NCBI GenBank assembly: GCA_963757655.1
Contig: CAVWSQ010000001.1
Span: forward strand, 998,897-1,062,896
From: an uncultured Acidobacteriota bacterium
Lineage (GTDB): Bacteria; Acidobacteriota; Vicinamibacteria; Vicinamibacterales; CAVVIG01
Direction: 5' to 3'
Length of the DNA stretch: 64,000 nucleotides
Position numbers and translations under genes: made by a program. This document shows, piece after piece, positions 58,628 to 64,000 of this stretch. Position 1 is the stretch's first letter; each line of letters starts with the position of its first letter. Under the pieces are notes generated by a model, which was not told the origin of the DNA, searched no databases, and worked only from the letters and a program-made list of their open reading frames with translations.

Positions 58628-60553
58628 ATGAGTCAGGTCACAATCACCCTTCCGGATGGCTCGGTGCGCGGTGTGCCGGTCGGGACGCTCGTACGCGGCG
58701 TGGCGGAAGAGATCTCCCCGAACCTCGCCAAGGCCGCGCTGGCCGGCGTGGTCGACGGCAGGCTCGTTGACCTGACCGCTCCGCTCGAGCGCGATGCGGC
58801 GGTGCGCATCGTCACCGACAAGAGCCCCGAGGCGCTGGCGTTGCTCCGTCACAGTACGGCACATCTGCTGGCCGCGGCGGTGACCAACATGTTTCCGGGC
58901 GTGCAGTGCGGGATCGGTCCGGCCACCGACGAAGGTTTCTTCTACGATTTCGTCGTGCCGCGGCCGTTCGTACCCGAGGATCTCGAGGCCATCGAACACA
59001 AGATGCGGGAGCTGGCGGCGCAGGACCTCGTGTACGAGCGGCAGATGTGGCCGCGCGAGAAGGCGAAGGCGTTCTTCGAAAAGCGCGGTGAGTCGCTCAA
59101 GATGCAGCTCATCGACGAGAAGACCGAGGGTCAGAAGGACGTGTCCTGTTACACCATCAAGGACGAGAACACCTTCATCGACTTCTGTGTCGGCCCGCAC
59201 GTGCCGACCACCGGCAAGCTCAAGGCGTTCAAGCTCACCTCGACCTCGAACGCGTACTGGAAGGGCGACGCGCACAACCAGCCGATGCAGCGCGTGTACG
59301 GCACCGCGTTCGCGAGCGACAAGGATCTGCAGGCGCACCTCACGCAACTCGAGGAAGCCAAAAAGCGCGATCATCGCAAGCTCGGACGCGAGCTCGGATT
59401 GTTCACGTTCCACCCATGGGCGCCGGGCGCCGCATTCTGGCTCGGCAAAGGCACGACGCTCTACAACACGCTCGCCAACTACATGCGCGAGGTGCTGTTC
59501 CCGGCCGGCTACATCGAGGTCAAGACCCCGCTCGTCTACAACAAGGCACTGTGGGAGCGGTCCGGCCACTGGGCCTTTTATCAGCCCAACATGTTCATCA
59601 TCGAGTCCGAGGGCGAGACGATGAGCATGAAGCCGATGAACTGTCCGGGGCACTTCCTCACGTTCGCGAGCCAGACCCATAGCTACCGCGATCTGCCGGT
59701 CCGCTATCACGAGCAGACGCCGCTGCACCGCAACGAAGCTTCTGGCGTCCTCTCCGGACTGACCCGCGTCCGGCAGTTCTCGCAGGACGACGCGCACTGC
59801 TTCGTGACGCCCGATCAGATCGGCGACGAGGTGGAACGCCTGATTGCGCTCGTACAGCGCGTCTATGGCGACTTCGGCCTGGCGTTCACGGCGAAGCTGT
59901 CGACCATGCCCGACGACCACCTGGGCGAGGTGGCGACGTGGCAGCACGCCGAGACTCAGCTGAAGGCGGCGCTCGAGCGCACCAAGCTGACCTACGACCT
60001 GAACGAGAAGGACGGCGCTTTCTACGGTCCGAAAATCGATTTCGACATCACCGACGCGATCGGCCGGAAGTGGCAATGCGCCACCATCCAGCTCGATTAC
60101 CAGCAGCCGGACAATTTCGACCTGAAGTACATCGGGGCCGACAACGCCGAGCACCGGCCGGTGGTCATCCATCGGGCGATTCTCGGCAGCTTTGAGCGGT
60201 TCATCGCCCTGCTGATCGAGCACTACGCTGGAGCCTTCCCGCTCTGGTTGGCACCCATACAGGCGGTGGTGCTGCCGATTGCCGACCGCCACCTGGCCTA
60301 CGCCGCTTCGGTTCGCGACCAGCTCCGCAGCGCCGGCCTCCGGGTCGATCTCGACGAGCGGCAGGAAAAGATCGGATATAAGATCCGGGAGGCCCAGCTG
60401 CAGAAAGTGCCCTACATGCTGGTCATCGGCGATCGCGAGAGCACGGAAGGCACGGTGTCGGTGCGGACGCGCGCCGCCGGCGATCAGGGGGCGAGCCCGG
60501 TCGACGCGTTCATCGCGTCTGCGCGCGAAGAAATCGCGCGCAAAGGTATATAG
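58628..60553 (+). CDS. thrS: Threonine--tRNA ligase
   Basis: TGS domain start, class II motifs, HRAILGSFERF; 641 aa. Confidence 0.98.
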   Translation: MSQVTITLPDGSVRGVPVGTLVRGVAEEISPNLAKAALAGVVDGRLVDLTAPLERDAAVRIVTDKSPEALALLRHSTAHLLAAAVTNMFPGVQCGIGPATDEGFFYDFVVPRPFVPEDLEAIEHKMRELAAQDLVYERQMWPREKAKAFFEKRGESLKMQLIDEKTEGQKDVSCYTIKDENTFIDFCVGPHVPTTGKLKAFKLTSTSNAYWKGDAHNQPMQRVYGTAFASDKDLQAHLTQLEEAKKRDHRKLGRELGLFTFHPWAPGAAFWLGKGTTLYNTLANYMREVLFPAGYIEVKTPLVYNKALWERSGHWAFYQPNMFIIESEGETMSMKPMNCPGHFLTFASQTHSYRDLPVRYHEQTPLHRNEASGVLSGLTRVRQFSQDDAHCFVTPDQIGDEVERLIALVQRVYGDFGLAFTAKLSTMPDDHLGEVATWQHAETQLKAALERTKLTYDLNEKDGAFYGPKIDFDITDAIGRKWQCATIQLDYQQPDNFDLKYIGADNAEHRPVVIHRAILGSFERFIALLIEHYAGAFPLWLAPIQAVVLPIADRHLAYAASVRDQLRSAGLRVDLDERQEKIGYKIREAQLQKVPYMLVIGDRESTEGTVSVRTRAAGDQGASPVDAFIASAREEIARKGI

Positions 60554-60561
60554 GAGGATTT

Positions 60562-61146
60562 ATCGCTTTCGACAGAAGTCCCCGCCGAGATGACCGCACG
60601 CGGGTCAACGAACGCATCAGAGTCCGCGAAATCCGGGTCATCGACGACACCGGCGCGCAGCTGGGCATCATGCCGCCGCCGCAGGCCCTGGCCATTGCCA
60701 AGCAGAAGGGGCTCGACCTGGTCGAGATCTCGCCGACGGCGGTGCCGCCGGTCTGCCGCATCATGGATTTCGGGAAGTACCAGTACCAGGAGCAGAAGCG
60801 CGCGCGGGAAGCCCGGAAACACCAGAAGGTGATCGAAGTCAAAGAGATCAAGTTCCGGCCGAAGGTCGACGAGCACGACTACCAGTTCAAGAAGAAGCAC
60901 ATCGAGCGCTTCCTCGAGGATGGCGACAAGGTCAAGGCGACGATCTTCTTCCGCGGTCGCGAGATGGCCCATCCGGAAATCGGGCGGCGCATCCTGGAGC
61001 GGCTGATCGGGGAATTGTCGGAGGTCGCACTCGCGGAGACGATGCCGAGGATGGAAGGCAACCAGATGCATACCATCCTGACGCGGCGTCCGCAGAGTGG
61101 CGGCGGCAAAGCGAAGGCGGCCGTGGCGGTCGCGGCGACCAAGTAA
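60562..61146 (+). CDS. infC: Translation initiation factor IF-3, non-AUG (ATC) start
   Basis: The frame upstream of the track ATG (60670) encodes the conserved IF-3 N-terminus ...RVNERIRVREIRVIDDTGAQLGI. There is no ATG/GTG/TTG in that stretch. ATC at 60562 lies 4 nt after AGGAGG (60552-60557). Confidence 0.85.
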   Translation: MAFDRSPRRDDRTRVNERIRVREIRVIDDTGAQLGIMPPPQALAIAKQKGLDLVEISPTAVPPVCRIMDFGKYQYQEQKRAREARKHQKVIEVKEIKFRPKVDEHDYQFKKKHIERFLEDGDKVKATIFFRGREMAHPEIGRRILERLIGELSEVALAETMPRMEGNQMHTILTRRPQSGGGKAKAAVAVAATK

Positions 61147-61147
61147 G

Positions 61148-61182
61148 GCGACGACGAAAGAACCGCGACGACAGAAGAAACC
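61148..61182. repeat. Direct repeat (about 17-18 nt, 2 copies) in the infC-rpmI spacer
   Basis: cgacgacgaaagaaccg / cgacgacagaagaaaccg. Confidence 0.8.
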
Positions 61183-61261
61183 GCAGAGAGTGCCCAGGAC
61201 GCCGAGAACAAAGATTTCTCAGCGAACTTTGCGGGCTCCGCGATAAAGCAACAGGGACACG

Positions 61262-61477
61262 ATGGCGAAAAAAGCGAAGAAGATCAAACTGAAGACCCAC
61301 CGCGGCGCCGCCAAGCGCTTCAAGCGGACCAAGAACGGCAAGTTTCTCCGGGGCAAGGCGTTCAGCCAGCACATCCTGACCAGCAAGACCAGGAAGCGCA
61401 AGCGCGGTCTGCGTGGAACCACCACCGTCGCCGCCGTCGACGTGCCCAAGCTGGAGCGGATGCTGCCGTATAAGTGA
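61262..61477 (+). CDS. rpmI: 50S ribosomal protein L35
   Basis: [20 protein letters not shown]. Confidence 0.95.
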   Translation: MAKKAKKIKLKTHRGAAKRFKRTKNGKFLRGKAFSQHILTSKTRKRKRGLRGTTTVAAVDVPKLERMLPYK

Positions 61478-61483
61478 ACGTGA

Positions 61484-61567
61484 GATTTCAGATTTTAGAG
61501 TTCAGATTGCAGATTGGCGTCTGAACCCGAAAATCTGAAATCCGAATTCTGAATTCTGAAATCTCTG
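61484..61567. repeat. AT-rich heptamer palindrome filling the rpmI-rplT spacer
   Basis: 5 units GATTNNA-type (gatttca gatttta gagttca gattgca gattggc), then 7 units of the complement type (gtctgaa cccgaaa atctgaa atccgaa ttctgaa ttctgaa atctctg). Confidence 0.9.
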
Positions 61568-61577
61568 GAGCCGAAGA

Positions 61578-62012
61578 ATGCCGCGTGTAAAGAGAGGAAC
61601 CGTCAGGCGCGCCAAGCGCAAGAAGCTGCTCGGGCTGGCGAAGGGCTATTACGCCAACAAGAGCAAGCTGTATCGTGCCGCCAAGGAATCGGTCGACACG
61701 GCGCTCAAGTACGCCTTCGTGGGCCGCCGCCGCAAGAAGCGCGATTTCCGCCGCCTCTGGGTCGTCCGCATCAATGCCGCGGCGCGCGAACACGGCCTCA
61801 CCTACGGACAGCTGATCAGCGGCTTGAAGAACGCCGGAATTGCGCTCGACCGCAAGAGCCTGTCGGAGCTGGCGATCTCCAGCCCCGCCGCATTTGCGAC
61901 GCTCGCTGCGCAAGCCAAGGCGGCGGCAAGGATCGCCGTCAAATCGGCCAAGAACGTCGAGAAAGCGACCGCCGCCAAGTCCGCCAGCGCCAGGGCGGCC
62001 GCGCGAGCGTAG
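61578..62012 (+). CDS. rplT: 50S ribosomal protein L20 with an Ala/Lys-rich C-terminal extension
   Basis: [16 protein letters not shown]...[14 protein letters not shown]; 144 aa. Confidence 0.96.
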   Translation: MPRVKRGTVRRAKRKKLLGLAKGYYANKSKLYRAAKESVDTALKYAFVGRRRKKRDFRRLWVVRINAAAREHGLTYGQLISGLKNAGIALDRKSLSELAISSPAAFATLAAQAKAAARIAVKSAKNVEKATAAKSASARAAARA

Positions 62013-62077
62013 TCGTCGTTCGTCATCCGTCGTGAGTCGTTGGTCCGGCTTCGACTGACGACGAACGACCGACGACC
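62013..62077. repeat. Heptamer palindrome filling the rplT-pheS spacer
   Basis: tcgtcgt tcgtcat ccgtcgt gagtcgt ... gactgac gacgaac gaccgac gacc, then ATG. Confidence 0.88.
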
Positions 62078-63148
62078 ATGTCGAATCTCCAACCCAGCCC
62101 CGAGTCGGTCGCAGCGCTCGTCGCGCAGTTCGACACCGAACTGTCCGCGACAACGTCGGTCGCCGATGCCAAGTCGCTGCGCGATCGCTACCTCGGACGC
62201 AAGCACAGCATCGTCGCCTCGTGGATGCAGATGATCGGCAGCGCACCGATCGATCTGAAGAAGACCATCGGTCAGCAGGCCAATGCGCTGAAGCTCGCCG
62301 TCGAGGCGCGCTGGCAGGCTTACGAAATGTCCGCGCACGCCGCCGCCCCGGCCGGCGGGGTCGACGTGTCGCTCCCCGGCCGCCGGCCGCGCCTCGGCCA
62401 CCGCCATCCTCTCACCGTCGTGCGCGATCGCATGGAAGAGATCTTCACGCGCATGGGGTTCGCACTCGTCGAGGGACCCGAAGTCGAGGACGAGTGGCAT
62501 TGCTTCGATGCCTTGAACATGCCGGCCGAGCACCCCGCCCGCGACATGCAGGACACGCTCTACCTTACGAGCGCGATGCCGCCCGTCGACGGCGACCCGG
62601 CGACGCTGACGCGAACACTGCTGCGGACGCACACCTCGTCGATGCAGATCCGCTACATGCAGGCGCACCGGCCGCCGATCCGCATCGTGGTCCCGGGCCG
62701 CGTCTACCGCCGTGACGACCTCGACCTCACCCACACGCCGATGTTCTCGCAGATGGAAGGGCTGGTGGTCGGCGAAGGGATCTCGCTGTCGGACCTGAAG
62801 GGCACGCTGCTCGCCTTTGCCCGCGACATGTTCGGCGCGAAATCGCGGCTGCGTTTCCGCCCCAGCTTCTTCCCCTACACGGAACCGAGCGCGGAAGTGG
62901 ACATCAGCTGCTGGTCGTGCGATGGCGTCGGCTGCTCGATGTGCAAGAAGAGCGGCTGGATTGAGATCCTCGGCTGTGGCATGGTCCACCCGGCCGTCTT
63001 CGAGGCGGTGGGATACGACGCCGAACAGTACACCGGGTTTGCCTGGGGCATCGGCATCGAACGCGTGGCCATTCTCCGCTACCAGGTGGAAGACATCAGA
63101 CTGTTTTACGAAAACGACCTTCGGTTTCTGGAGCAGTTCCCATACTGA
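62078..63148 (+). CDS. pheS: Phenylalanine--tRNA ligase alpha subunit
   Basis: RTHTSSMQIRYM, FRPSFFPYTEPSAEVD, GWIEILGCGMVHP. Confidence 0.97.
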   Translation: MSNLQPSPESVAALVAQFDTELSATTSVADAKSLRDRYLGRKHSIVASWMQMIGSAPIDLKKTIGQQANALKLAVEARWQAYEMSAHAAAPAGGVDVSLPGRRPRLGHRHPLTVVRDRMEEIFTRMGFALVEGPEVEDEWHCFDALNMPAEHPARDMQDTLYLTSAMPPVDGDPATLTRTLLRTHTSSMQIRYMQAHRPPIRIVVPGRVYRRDDLDLTHTPMFSQMEGLVVGEGISLSDLKGTLLAFARDMFGAKSRLRFRPSFFPYTEPSAEVDISCWSCDGVGCSMCKKSGWIEILGCGMVHPAVFEAVGYDAEQYTGFAWGIGIERVAILRYQVEDIRLFYENDLRFLEQFPY

Positions 63149-63156
63149 CAGACTGA

Positions 63157-63262
63157 CGTTCGTGGTTCTGCGTTCGGCGTTCGTCGTTCTTGAACGACGA
63201 TTCGAGAACGACGAACGGCGAATGATGAACGACGAACCACGAACGACGAACCACGAACGACG
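63157..63262. repeat. 15 consecutive heptamers (5x CGTTCKK then 10x GAAYSRY) filling the pheS-pheT spacer
   Basis: cgttcgt ggttctg cgttcgg cgttcgt cgttctt | gaacgac gattcga gaacgac gaacggc gaatgat gaacgac gaaccac gaacgac gaaccac gaacgac g, then ATG. Confidence 0.92.
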
Positions 63263-64000
63263 ATGAAACTGATCCTCTCCTGGCTGCGCGAATTCGTCGA
63301 TGTCAAGGCGTCCGCCGACGATGTCGCGAGCACGCTTGCGCTGCGCGGCTTCGAGGTCGCGTCGATCCAACCGCTCGACGGCGGGGATGCCGTGATCGAT
63401 TTCGAAGTCACCGCCAACCGGCCCGACGCCCTCAGCGTGATCGGCCTGGCGCGCGAGGTCGCGACGGCCTACAACCTGCCGCTGGTGCCGTCAGCGTCCA
63501 CGCCGGCTGCCGGTTCCAGGCTCGCCGACCTGCCCACCGGCGCCTCCAATCTGATCACGGTATCGATCGAGGACGAGGAGCTGTGTCCGCGCTACGCCGC
63601 AGCCGTCGCCAATGTGCGCGTCGGTCCGTCGCCGGCCTGGCTGGCGGGCCGTCTGCAAGCCGCCGGGGTCCGGCCGATCAGCAACATCGTCGACATCACC
63701 AACTACGTGAACCTGGAGCGCGGCCAGCCGATGCACGCGTTCGATCTGGCGCGCCTCGCCGGACGCGAGATCCACGCCCGTCGCGCCAGGCCGGGTGAGA
63801 CGATCGTCACGCTCGACGGGATCGCGCGCACCCTCGAAGCCGACATGCTGGTCATCGCCGACCGTGACCGCGCGCAGGCCGTCGGCGGAGTCATGGGCGG
63901 CGCCGACTCCGAAGTGTCGTCGACCACGGGCACCGTGGTGTTCGAAAGCGCCTATTTCAAGCCGGCTTCGGTGCGACGGACCAGCAAGCGGCTCGGCCTC
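63263..64000 (+). CDS. pheT: Phenylalanine--tRNA ligase beta subunit (5' part; continues past the window)
   Basis: Not in ORF track (no stop). My translation: MKLILSWLREFVDVKASADDVASTLALRGFEVASIQPL...DFEVTANRPDALSVIGLAREVA. Confidence 0.93.
   Translation, partial: MKLILSWLREFVDVKASADDVASTLALRGFEVASIQPLDGGDAVIDFEVTANRPDALSVIGLAREVATAYNLPLVPSASTPAAGSRLADLPTGASNLITVSIEDEELCPRYAAAVANVRVGPSPAWLAGRLQAAGVRPISNIVDITNYVNLERGQPMHAFDLARLAGREIHARRARPGETIVTLDGIARTLEADMLVIADRDRAQAVGGVMGGADSEVSSTTGTVVFESAYFKPASVRRTSKRLGL

Overview
High-GC (roughly two-thirds G+C by eye) chromosomal segment of a diderm bacterium, shown by LpxB/LpxD, OM beta-barrels and a secretin. The phylum cannot be fixed without a database search; an Acidobacteriota-like soil bacterium is only a guess. 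I call about 65 protein genes and one tRNA. At the left end (minus strand) is a Tad/Flp pilus locus: tadC (partial), tadB, cpaF, tadZ, secretin, cpaB, prepilin peptidase and three flp pilin genes. Two of the flp genes are under 60 aa and missing from the ORF track. The middle is housekeeping and envelope genes: UdgX-like glycosylase, queG, acnA, amt, a betaine-type ABC transporter, a matrixin operon, lpxB, an M16 peptidase pair, lpxD, nfo, AMMECR1/Memo, gatCA, a Peptidase_Mx plus ATP-grasp pair, rpoZ, hsp20-dnaK-hsp20, ymdB, xseAB, ispA, tlyA, panE, nadK, mltG, ruvX, envC and ctpA. The right end is tRNA-Val, thrS, infC, rpmI, rplT, pheS and pheT (partial). I see no transposase, integrase, phage, CRISPR-Cas or recognisable defence genes, and I did not find a convincing novel multi-gene system. 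The most unusual signals are non-coding. (1) Many co-directional intergenic spacers are filled by short-period, mostly 7-nt, tandem repeats arranged as inverted arms, and the unit sequence differs from spacer to spacer. (2) One long hairpin appears to be translated into the EnvC-like signal peptide. (3) A modular REP-like array lies at 27.9-28.3 kb, with a dispersed copy at 33.1 kb. Smaller points are a tandem flp duplication, a secretin with a long Pro/Ala plus Lys/Ala/Glu-rich tail, a KRRIH (UdgX-type) glycosylase and a non-AUG infC start. All functional calls rest on motifs read by eye, with no searches run.
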